Shown here piece after piece: positions 53,055 to 64,000 of a stretch of DNA of 64,000 nt. How positions within the stretch are numbered: position 1 is the first letter of the stretch; the number at the start of each line of letters is the position of its first letter. Below the pieces are notes generated by a model. It was not told where the DNA came from, made no database searches, and saw only the letters and a list, made by a program, of their open reading frames with translations. Origin of the DNA: the human T2T-CHM13v2.0 reference genome, Homo sapiens; NCBI RefSeq assembly GCF_009914755.1, contig NC_060934.1; one strand, given 5' to 3'. The position numbers were made by a program, and so were the translations under genes.

Positions 53055-54659
53055 TGAGTTCTTTCAGACTTCCTAAGCTCTGGGGAAACTGGCGGTCTTG
53101 TTGTCTGGAATACACTAATTAACAAATCCCCCTCAGGGATATATTTTGGCTCCTTAAACACTAAATAACTTAGATCTTTTACTACTGGGATTACTGTATC
53201 AACATACTATGTTTACTGTGAAGATTCTTTAATCATACCTTCTAAAGAAAATTTTAACTTCACTGTGTTACTGTTTACATAATTATTAGAAATAAATGTT
53301 AATCTTGACAGACGTCTTTAGGGACATGGAAATTGGATTTTTTTCAAATATCATATTCACTCATAATTCCTCAGTTTAAGTATAAATTCACTTAAACATA
53401 AACAAGATAAAATATTTTATGTCATATACTCCATAGAGATAAAATCTAAGTGAATGACTCATTGCTATGTAAAAATGATTAATTATATTGTGCCTAAAAA
53501 GAAAAAAAGTCAGGAACTGTACTTTCAGAAGATGGTATTATTATTAGAAAAATAAGGTACTTATATATAGAAATTTACAAAAAAATGGCAGTATAAACTC
53601 TTGGTAAAATGTGTTTATTTTGATGGAAAATGCTGTGAGAATTCACAAAAAGGAAAGACAATTTACTGGGGGCAAATAGTTTTTTAAAAATTAATTAATA
53701 TATTTAAACTATTAGCCTCTTTTATATAAATTATGGAATTTTTTTGCAAGTTTTTGGTAAAATCATAAAATTTCTTTTAAAGACTAAGTGTCCCAACTTT
53801 CTTTATAGGGATAATTATAATTGCTGGTATCAAATGTTCACCCTTTCCAAACAGATATATAACAATAATTTATGCTTTACTTTCATATTTAGAAAGTAGA
53901 TTCTTGTTCTTTGTTAGGTCCATAACTTTCATGTTTCCAGGATTGTTCCAGCCTAGTATTTTATAAAATATTCATAATTTAAATTGATTTACTTAACTGA
54001 ATACTGGGCTAATTACTGCCTTTTAAATGCTATTTCACCATCAAGGTACATTAAAGAGACTACTGGAGAATGAAGAGTGGTCTCTGGATTGACATTCAAT
54101 TGTTACGATATCTGTGGGGTTTTAGTTCTATTTCAGCTTCATTTTTGAAGCCTAAGAGGAAAGCAATAGAAATGCAATTACATGGCTAACCCACTCAGGT
54201 TAAAAATACTTATCAGAGATAATGGAGAATAGAGAAGAGCATGATTGACCTTCCTGGAGGGTACTACTAGTCAGGCTCTATTTAAAGCCATCAACCATCT
54301 GCTCTCCTGATCTTTGTATAGACCATAGAATCTATACCAGTCTCTTCACAGGAAAAAAAAAAAAAAGGCTCAATGGATGTTATATTGTCACAATTGTTTT
54401 TGATTTTGCTTTAAATTGAAACCAGATGGGTAGAAGCATTTATCAGCTCATTAAATTCTAAGATAGGGGTGACAGTTGACAGAGAAGCATCACATCAATA
54501 GCCAAAAAGTAACATCAAGTAGATGTGGAAACCTACACATTAGGACAGATATGAATGTGAAGAAAACTGTGGCTTGGATCATCTCAGCCTGCATTTTAGT
54601 TAATTCTCTAGATCCTCTATGCACTGTTTGAGACACCTCATTCTTTTTACGGTTTAGAG

Positions 54660-55105
54660 GCACATTGTCTAATATGGTAGACACTAGCTACATGTAGCTA
54701 TTAAGCACTTGAAATGTGGCTAGTGCATCTTAGAAACATATACTTAATTTTATTTAATTTTAATTAAATAAAAAGTAGTTCAATCTGGCAAATTTTAATT
54801 TATATTTGAAATAATGTGGGCATGTGAATCTACTTCTTAAAATATAAATTTTATAAAATCTAAATACAAATCAAGTGTTTGATCTCAATTGAAAATTGCA
54901 TGTTTCAAGACATGCTGTAAGTGTAAAACAAATACCACGTTAAAATTAATAATATAAAAAACACAGTATATCATTTAAAATGTGTATATAGATTAAAATG
55001 ATAAATTATAATATTTTGAACATTGGATTAAAACATATTATTGAAGTTAATTTTCTAAAAGTGTATAATACATTTGTGGCTTTATATTCTATCACACAGC
55101 TGTGG
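54660..55105. mobile_element. MER3/MER33/Charlie5-type hAT element
   Basis: ttgtctaatatggtagacactagctacatgtagctattaagcacttgaaatgtggctagtg...catgctgtaagtgtaaaa...catttgtggct. Confidence 0.7.
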
Positions 55106-55617
55106 TTTCCATCGTTACATAACTCTTCCCTAAGCTATCTATCAGAACTCTCAATCTTTGAATCTGGCCTTGACTGTTTCTCACATTTCTTTACATTATC
55201 AAGCCCTGATGATAAGGCATTTACTGTTTTTGATAATTGTCAACGTGGCATAAACAGCACTGCATATAATTCCCCATACTTACCAGAGTGTAAACTACTG
55301 TCCAGTATTAAGGAAATTTTAAAAATTAACTACCTACCTAACAGTCTTATTCTGCTTTAAAAATAAGACCACAGACTAAGGACAATCTACTGGTGACTTG
55401 CTGCTTGTATGACGTTTGTTAAAACATTCCCAATTAAAATTTGTTCTATGTCAGTTTATGGGGAGAGTGAAAAGAACAGTTTCTCAATAGCCTTAACAAT
55501 AGTGATATATTTTTAAAAAAATAATAGCTCTACTAATTTAAAACAAATATAATCAGAGTATCTGCTATATATAAGCACAGGGCAAAGTATCCAGTATATA
55601 AATAGACTAAGTCTCAG

Positions 55618-56441
55618 TGATACATACAGAAGACAGGGAAACACTGGGTAGAGGAGGGAAGTTCCCCGGCAAAGGCCCCACCCTCAAGCCTGAAGACCCA
55701 TGCCCCTAAGTGAGGACAGGTATTTCTGTTTTTGTGCCCCAAAAGTTGCCTTTTGGCCAACCACATCCCCCCCCATTCTGCCTCCATATAAACCCAAAAT
55801 CTTAGTGGACACAGACACAAGTGGCTGAACATTGAGAGGAACAGAGGAACAGACCAGCAGACACCAGCACACACCAACAGACCAGCAGACCAGTGACAGC
55901 AGAATGACACAGATGCCAAGGGGAGTTCAGCCAGGGGCAGTCAGAGGAGAGTCCAGTTGCTGGGTGGCTCCACTCCATGGGAAGACCACCTTTCCACTCC
56001 ATCCCACTTTCCAGCTCCCCATCCAGCTCCCTGAGAGACACTTCCACCACTCAATAAAACCTCACACTCATCGTTCAAGCCCATGTGTGATGAGATTCTT
56101 CGGGTACACTGGGCAAGAACTCCAGATACAGAAAGCTGTCACACTGGGCATCTTCCCTTGGGATAAGGCAGAGAGTCTGTTGAGCTGATTAACACAAGCC
56201 ATCTGCAGATGGCAAAACTGAAAGAGTGCACTGTAACTCATGCCCACTTGGGCTTCAGGAGTGGCAGATATCCACTCCTAGAAGCTGTCATAGGGCTGGA
56301 GCCCAAGAAACCTCCCCACTGCCTCTGCACCTGGCCATCTGCATGCTCCCCCTAGTAGTTTGAGCAGCTTGGCGACCAAAGGAGCCAGCCTCACCCCTGT
56401 CGCAAGTCCTGAGAGGGGAATAAGGGATCTCTCCCATTTTA
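55618..56441 (+). mobile_element. MER50-type solo LTR (ERV1)
   Basis: tgatacatacagaagacagggaaacactgggtagag...ggcaaaggccccaccctcaagcc; aataaa near 56053; 4-bp TSD tcag at 55614-55617 and 56442-56445. Confidence 0.85.
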
Positions 56442-57041
56442 TCAGGACCTGATGTACAGGAGTTTACAAGTAAATGAATGAGTAGTCACCATCGGGTGTA
56501 AGTACTATGATGGAAAGAACTGTGAGTGCTAAAAGGCGCACATCCTCAAAAAGGTGCAAAGTAAATTTCAGAAAACAATTATTAAATGACAGGTGTCAAG
56601 ACATAGAGATGTGTGCTGCTGATGAAAAATACTAAACAAGGCAATATCCCTGCCTTCACTAAGTTTATACTTGGAGATAGGAAAGGCAAATCTATGAATA
56701 AATGACTTAGTGTTATAAATTATAGTATGAATAAATGGCTATAGAACTATAAATACTATAAATATAAATTGCCATTATTCATAAGAGCTAGGGAACAGAG
56801 AGCTTTGATGTCACCAAGAATAGGCATTTTCTCCCAGGCAGAAGGAACATCACCAGTGAAGTTTGTGAAGTAATATAACCTGGCAGCTTCAGATATGCAA
56901 GTAGCCCTGGAAAGCTGCATATGGGGATATGAGGGAGGTTATGGGCACACGCTGTTTGCAGAAAACTTGTATCTTTATCCCGATGATTATGGGGAGGCAG
57001 CCTTATTCTGGGAGCCATGGAAGTCTACTAAAAAGTAATAA

Positions 57042-57192
57042 TAATAATAGGACCTTCAGATTCCTTTTTACTCTGCCAACAAACTCCAGTTACATTTATT
57101 TACTGAAACAAAACTAGTAATAATAGGACTTGCGGATTCCTTTTTACTCTGCCAATGGACTCCAGTTACATTTATTTACTGAAACAAAACTA
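57042..57192. repeat. 76-bp tandem duplication (2 copies)
   Basis: Units 57042-57116 and 57118-57192 differ at 6 positions. Confidence 0.95.
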
Positions 57193-58361
57193 CAAAAGTC
57201 TTGTTGAGTACATTTATGAGTTCTGGGCAGAATGCGCTTTTGAAAAGCAGTATACAAAATGTCTTCATTCTCCTGAGATAAATACATCTCCCTGAGTAAT
57301 CATTGCTCATTTTTGGAATTCACAATAATGACAGCAACTAAAAAGCTTAACTCAATTTAGGCAATTAGACATGATATTAAGACAACATACTGAAATTGAG
57401 CCTCCATTTGTAAGTCCTCTTAAAAACTATACAGTGATGGTAATTATAAAAAGTTTCCTGATATATCCTTTTAAATAATCTATAAAGCACTTTAGCGTCA
57501 TTAGCATTCCTGGATGGTGACAGTTCCAAATCAAATATGCATTCCAACTAGAAGCTATGACTGCCCTCATCTGTGCTCACAGCTCTCTTTTCTACACAAT
57601 ATATTAGTCAGTGAAGGTTCATGAATTGACTTTCTGAGGACACAAGCTGAGAAGCATTTTCAGCAATGCAAAATCCTTAACTGTGTCTATGTAACATTTT
57701 ACTTCTCAAGGCTTCAGTGACTGATAATTAAAAATGAAAGAGAAACACATTCATCTATAATAATAAATATTTGCATTAATAATGAAGTCATTGATATGAA
57801 AAATTGATATAAAATCTAACATATCAATCAGTAAAATTGTGTTGGCCGTGGTTTTAAAACAATACAACTTCTAGATTAGTATTTAATCAAACTAAACAAT
57901 AATCAGAGGGTATAGGAACTTAAAAATGGGTAGACTCTATATCCGTAGGTGCTTATATCACTCTTGCCAATAATAATAATACCAATTTTCATGTTTTTTG
58001 ATTCAAAAATCTATAATAATGTTTTTATTTTATTTCAAAATTAGATATAACTATCTTAACCTGACCAGGGTACAAGAATCAAATTCTGTTTCATTCATGT
58101 GTGGAAACTTTTCATTTTAAACAATATTTTAAATTTAAAAATATAAAATATTTTAAGTTTTCCAAGCTAGGAATTAATAGATATATCATATTTTATGTGG
58201 ATCACTTGCCTCACACTATTCAATCATTGGTTCATGAGTTTCAAATGGATTTTGAAGAACCCTTCTATAAAGGGAAATACGATGTTCAAACTGTATTTAA
58301 AAGCATACAAATACTCTCAAAAAGACATAGGAGAATTAACATTTCACTTAGTGTTACCCAA

Positions 58362-58882
58362 TGCCAAGACCAGACAGATCGGGGAGACCCTAACCCCGTG
58401 GCGCTAGAGGAATTAAAGACATACACACACAGAAATATAGAGGTGTGAAGTGGGAAATCAGGGGTCTCACAGCCTTCAGAGCTGAGAGACCTGAACAGAG
58501 ATTTACCCACGTGTTTATTAACAGCAAGCCAATCATTAGCATTGTTTCTATAGATATTAAATTAACTAAAAGTATCCCTTATGGCAAACGATGGGATGGG
58601 CCAAATTAAAGGAATAGGTTGGGCTAGTTAACTGCAGCAGGAGCATGTTCTTAAGGCACAGATCTCTCATGCTATGGTTTGTGGCTTAAGAATGCCTTTA
58701 AGTGGGTTTCCGCCCTGGGCGGGCCAGGTGTTCCTTGCCCTCATTCTGGTAAGCTCACCACCTTCCAGCGTGGGCATTATGGCCATCGTGAACATGCCAC
58801 AGTGCTGCAGATATTTTGTTTATGGCCAGTTTTGGGGCCAGTTTATGCCCAGATTTTGGGGGGGGGGGGCTTGTTCCCAACA
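58362..58882 (-). mobile_element. MER9 LTR = 3' LTR of HERV-K(HML-3)
   Basis: Reverse complement tgttgggaacaagcccc...ggtcttggca, preceded by the polypurine tract aaagaagggggaca. Confidence 0.93.
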
Positions 58883-58956
58883 TGTCCCCCTTCTTTGATT
58901 TGCAAATCAATAAAAGCAAAGGCAGTTTTGTCACGGTGAGCTACTTCTCCCAGGAG

Positions 58957-60030
58957 TCAGGATCCACATCTGCAGACTATACAAAGACAAACAATACAGA
59001 TTAAAAGCACAATCATCATTGAAATCACAGAGCTTCCAAGTGTTTTTATCCATTTTAATGGGTTACTAGCTGCTAACTTGTCTGAAACTCCTTCAAGCAC
59101 TCCAGTTCCTGGCATTAAGATCAGGTGTGCCTGGGATGCTTTAAATATTTGTTCTTTTAATTTTGTTATAAACAAAAACAAGTTTGTAGAGTGTCCTTCT
59201 AGATGCTTTGTTATTCTTTCCCAAATTTTGATCTTATTAAGAGCTATTAATAGTTTCCACAAATCCTTATGTTTAGCTCCTACAGCGGGCCATATCATTT
59301 GAGGTTGAGGTGGCCACTATACCACCATGGTTCCAAATAATAAAAACTTTTGCCATACTTCTTATTATATCTACCATCTGACCATTTTGTTCAGATCAGC
59401 TTAACATAGCGTGGTCGTGGCACGCAGACTAGGAGGTGCAATTCAAGCTAAACATCCCCTTAGGGGACCAATCAATAATGATTCCATAGGAATCGTTGTG
59501 CAGCATCTCTGCCTGTTCTGCAATGCAATCTTCCTAAACAAGTGCGTTCATTATTTCTGGCCAGGTTCTATTTTGTTTACAAATAGGTTTTTGAGGGCAG
59601 TATGCCTCAATTATAGGAGCAGATTTAGTATGGTAAATACTGAGATCAGAAAGCATGTGTAACTGTGTCATAGAATGATTATATCCAGGCATTATTACCA
59701 GTCAGGATTGATAAATATGCCCAATAAGTATAATTGTTCTCTGTGTCAGCCCTGGTTTAAGGAATACTCATGGCAATGGTGATCATCGCTATCATAGCTA
59801 CCATTAAATTACTCACTGTGACTGGTTGTCTCGCTTTCCTCAGGTTTTCTTCCATCATCTGTGACAGCTTCTTGATCTGTCCCCAGGTGGGTGGCTGTGT
59901 TCAACAGGTGTTGCTTGTGACAGTTGTGGTCCTCCTCAGCATCAGCCTTGACATGGCTGCAACCAGGGGGTCTTTGGGATCCTCCCGGAATCTCTTCCTT
60001 GGCATCTGGCTCATGATGAGGTTTCAGGTG
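58957..60030 (-). pseudogene. env: HML-3 env remnant (leader and TM C-terminus, large deletions)
   Basis: WERITKHLEGHSTNL...KLKEQIFKASQAHL...NPLKWIKTLGSS plus a hydrophobic anchor IVLLICIVCLCIV; leader-like PPTWGQIKKL near 59880. Confidence 0.8.
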
Positions 60031-60039
60031 TCTTGATGG

Positions 60040-61610
60040 TATCTAAATTTGCTGTTGATTTTGTCCTGGAGAAATACAAGCATAACCCCACCCTAAGTTA
60101 TTATTTTACCTATTTCCCAACTTTTTGTTATCAGGTCTCCCCACAAAATCAGTTGTTCTGCTTCTGTCTTTGCAGCTGGTTTCTGTAGGTGCTGTTCAGC
60201 TGCTGATAACATCTGGCCTTTGGGCAGCCTCAAAAAATTTAAGGTTAATAATGCTAGGTTCAGTTGCAACTGTGGGGCTCCATATTCTCTATTTCCCCCT
60301 TTCTGCTTTTGCAACTGCTGTTTTAGGGAAAGATTCATTCTTTCCACTATGGCTTGTCCTTGAGAATTGTATGGGATACCAGTAATGTGTTTAATATTCC
60401 ACGTAGAGAAAAATGTAGCTAGAGTTTGACCAGTATAGCCTGGGGCATTATCTATTTTAATAGAGGCTGGAATACCCATCACCGCAAAACATCGCAGAAG
60501 GTGACATTTAACACAGGCAGAAGACTCTCCTGACTGGCATGTAGCCCAGAAAAAGTAAGAAAAGGTCTCCACACATACATGTACATAAGCTAGTCTCCCA
60601 AACGAAGGAAACTTGTGTGACATCCATTTGTCAAAGAGAGTTAGGTTCCAATCCTCGAGGATTAATTCCTATAAAAGATGAGGAATGTACCATTTGGCAA
60701 GTTGGGCATCACTGGATAATAGCTTTAGCTTCTTTCCAGGTAATGCTGTATCTGCGTTTGAGACCAGAGGCATTAACATGGGTTAAATTGTGAAAGTGTC
60801 TAGCATTAAATATTGCATTAGCAACTAGGTGATCAGCCACTTGATTCCTTTCAGTCAAAGGTCCTGGAAGAGGTGTATGAGCCCTAATGTGAGTGATGTA
60901 AAAAGGGTGCATTCTACTTCTAACTGCTGTTTGCAATTGGGTAAATAAAGTCATCAGTTGTTCGCCTGTATGAAATCGTAACTAAGCATTTTCATTTAAC
61001 TGTGTGGAGTGAACCACATATGAAGAATCAGAAATCACATTAACAGGCATATCAAAAGCAGTCAATACCTCAATTACAGCTACAAGCTCTACTTTTTGAG
61101 CTGAAGTATAGGGCATCTGGAAAACTTTACTTTTCGAACCAGAATAAGAAGCTTTACCATTACCAGCCCCATCTGTAAAACAATGAAAATACTTAGCAGG
61201 CTGCAGGTTGTTTACCACAGGAATTGTAAATGCAAACCATTCACAGTCTTGCTCAGCTAAAGGGATAGTAAAGAAACAGTCTTTTAAATCTATGACTATT
61301 AAAGGCCAATTTTTTTGAATTATAGCAGGAGGAGGCAATCCTGGCAGTAATGCTCCCATAGGTTGTATTACTGAATTGATAGCTCTTAAGTGAGTTAACA
61401 TTCTCCATTTACCTGATTTTTTCTTAATTACGAAAATTGGAGAATTCCAAGGGGAAAATGTTGGAGCTATGCGCCCATTTTCTAATTGTTCAATAATTTC
61501 TCTAAAACCTCCAGTTTCTCTTTACTTAGCGGCCATTGTTCTATCCAAATTGTCTTATCTGTTAACAATTTTAAAGGTGTACGTTCTGGAGGCTTAACGG
61601 CCACCATCAA
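60040..61610 (-). pseudogene. pol: HML-3 pol (RT N-terminus fused to RNase H, then integrase), frameshifted
   Basis: [34 protein letters not shown] RNase H, HIRAHT, HHCC finger, IDNAPGY and GQAIVER integrase core. Confidence 0.9.
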
Positions 61611-62535
61611 AAATTATTTCCTAATCTTTGGCGGGAACTCTGCTTTTCCGCTTGAAGCGGTTATTTCAAACCTTGCAATTTTTTTTCTAGTCCCATACCA
61701 GGGACATACCCCATTTCATGCATCATATGTTGACTTTGAGGGCTATATAATTGTTCTGGAATTAGAATTTGTGCTCCCCATTGTTGTAATAAATCTCTCC
61801 CCCATAAATTTATAGGTACAGAATTCATAATTGGTTGAATAGTCCCAGGTTGTCCATTGGGCCCTTCACAATGCAAAATATAACTACTCTGATATACTTC
61901 AGGGGCTTTACCAACTCCAAATATGTTAAATTGAGCGAGTTGAATTGGCCACATGGACGGCCAGTGCTGTAGAGAAATGATTGAAATGTCCGCTCCTGTA
62001 TCTACCAAACCTTTAAATTTCTTTCTCTGAATAGTTATTTCACAGGTAGGACATTTATCAGTAATTTGATTTACCCAATAAGCTGCTTTGCCTTGTTTAT
62101 TTGTGCTTCCAAATCCTCCTGTTCATTTAATTTCACTTTTTCCCATTCCCACATACGGCACAATCAGGAGCTGTGCTATGCGCTCTCGTGGCTCTGCTTT
62201 CCAGGGAACAGAAGTAGATATAACAATCTGAATTTCCCCATTGTAATCTGAATCAATGACTCCTGTATGTATTTGTACCCCTTTTAAACTTAAACTAGAC
62301 CTTCCTAAAAGTAATCCTATTGTCCCCGCTGGCAAGGGTCTGCAGACTCCTGTTGGGACCTTTCATGGGGGTTCCCCAGGCAGAAGGCTCACAGCTTTTG
62401 TGCAGCACAAACCTACTGCGACACGACTGGCTGTGGCAGGGGACAGACATTGTACAGGGGTGAGGGAATGGCCTGAGCTGGAAATGCCCCAGTTTAGAAT
62501 GGGGCCCAGGACGGGCCCCTCATAGCATTTCCCGA
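61600..62535 (-). pseudogene. pro: HML-3 pro (dUTPase + aspartic protease + G-patch)
   Basis: GLLLGRSS...GVIDSDYNGEI dUTPase; VDTGAD protease; NLWGRDLL; MGYVPGMGL G-patch. Confidence 0.9.
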
Positions 62536-63132
62536 AATCGGGTTACCTTCTCTATCAAACTTAGAGTGACACTGATTAGCCCAATGTTTTTCTTTTTTAA
62601 ATTTTGGACATATTTCAAGATGAGCAGTTTTCTTTTTTCCCCTATCTGGCAGCCTGACTCACTGATTATTTCTACATTCTTTTTTAGTATGAATAGCTTG
62701 TTTAAATTCTTTGAGTAATTTAAAAGGAAAGGGCTCAAATGTAGCTATAATATTTCCCTGTTGATCTGGGGGGTGTATTCTAACAGGGAACTGCCAAGCC
62801 TCTAAATCACCCTCTCGTCTAGCTTGCTGAATTCCTGCCTGAATAGAATTAAGAGCGGTCGCTCGAGGCGCTGTTCGAACAGTCACTGCGGCAACTACTT
62901 TTTGCCGAGTATCCTCTGGAAAAGAAAGATCTGGAGGATCTCTTTCTTCAAAATAATGAGGGGGTGCAGAAGGGTAGGGATGAACCTCTCCTTCCTTTGC
63001 CGCTTTAGCTTTAGCTGGTAAATAAACATGCTGTGTAACCTCTTCTGTTACTTCGCTATACTCTCCTTCCTCCTCATCATCAGTGTGAAAAAGTTCCAAG
63101 GTGGAACGAACCAGACCCCACGCTTGTCCCAT
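62420..63132 (-). pseudogene. gag: HML-3 gag remnant with the capsid largely deleted
   Basis: PYPSAPP late-domain-like motif, QQARREGDLEAWQFPV, degraded zinc knuckle CPKFKKEKHWANQC. Confidence 0.85.
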
Positions 63133-63160
63133 TGTTACTCTGATGCTTCCGAGCTCCCTT

Positions 63161-64000
63161 TCTTTTTTTTAATTTTATTTTATTTTATTATTATTATACT
63201 TTAAGTTTTAGTGTACATGTGCATAATGTGCAGGTTTGTTACATATGTATACATGTGCCATGTTGGTGTGCTGCACCCATTAACTCGTCATTTAGCATTA
63301 GGTATATCTCCTAATGCTATCCCTCCCCCCTCCCCCCACCCCACAACAGTCCCCAGTGTGTGATGTTCCCCTTCCTGTGTCCATGTGTTCTCATTGTTCA
63401 ATTCCCACCTATGAGTGAGAACATGCGGTGTTTGGTTTTTTGTCCTTGTGATAGTTTGCTGAGAATGATGGTTTCCAGTTTCATCCATGTCCCTACAAAG
63501 GACATGAACTCATCATTTTTTATGGCTGCATAGTATTCCATGGTGTATATGTGCCACATTTTCTTAATCCAGTCTATTGTTGGACATTTAGGTTGGTTCC
63601 AAGTCTTTGCTATTGTGAATAGTGCCGCAATAAACATACGTATGCGTGTGTCTTTATAGCAGCATGATTTATAATCCTTTGGGTATATACCCAGTAATGG
63701 GATGGCTGGGTCAAATGGTATTTCTAGTTCTAGATCCCTGAGGAATCAATCACCACACTGACTTCCACAATGGTTGAACTAGTTTACAGTCCCACCAACA
63801 GTGTAAAAGTGTTCCTGTTTCTCCACATCCTCTCCAGCACCTGTTGTTTCCTGACTTTTTAATGATTGCCATTCTAACTGGTGTGAGATGGTATCTCATT
63901 GTGGTTTTGATTTGCATTTCTCTGATGGCCAGTGATGATGAGCATTTTTTCCATGTGTTTTTTGGCTGCATATATGTCTTCTTTTGAGAAGTGTCTGTTC
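63161..64000 (-). mobile_element. L1PA3/4-like LINE-1 3' end, running off the window
   Basis: ORF2 C-terminus ([19 protein letters not shown]; MFIAALFTIAKTWNQPKCP...SLIGGN) and a young-type 3' UTR with T-rich tail. Confidence 0.95.

Larger units (their letters stand above)
58883..63160 (-). mobile_element. HERVK9/HML-3 internal region (gag-pro-pol-env), multiply deleted and defective
   Basis: Betaretroviral gag, dUTPase, protease, RT/RNase H, integrase and env peptides occur in order on the minus strand. Confidence 0.93.

Noticed and set aside
55614-56188. Overlapping 80-118 aa ORFs
   Set aside because: Chance frames in the GC-richer MER50-type LTR
57042-57192. Repeat pair considered as a CRISPR-like array
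   Set aside because: Two abutting 76-bp units with no spacers or cas genes, in primate DNA
58858-58869. G12 run as a possible G-quadruplex
   Set aside because: Homopolymer expansion inside the MER9 LTR; a single tract with no evidence of function

Overview
Primate, almost certainly human, AT-rich and CpG-poor genomic DNA that reads as intergenic or deep intronic. I find no recognisable host protein-coding gene, tRNA, rRNA or CRISPR array. The window is dominated by transposable elements. These include a near full-length Charlie3 hAT DNA transposon with a decayed transposase (19406-22079) nested in an old L1MA, and an internally deleted HERV-K(HML-3)/HERVK9 provirus (58362-~63160, minus) interrupted at its 5' end by a young L1PA. 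There is also an MSTA LTR with internal sequence, solo LTRs with target-site duplications (MER41A-type, MER4B-type, MER50-type), several Alus (one of the AluYd lineage), L1/L2/MIR fragments and MITEs. Almost all long ORFs in the track are repeat-derived or chance. The signals not explained by repeats are two ~130-bp dispersed direct duplications (4280/5889 and 12599/13146), a 76-bp tandem duplication (57042-57192), candidate minus-strand exons (best: 9333-9419) and a few motif-dense patches. I could not support a new biological system. Repeat subfamily names come from my recollection of consensus sequences and need RepeatMasker/Dfam confirmation.
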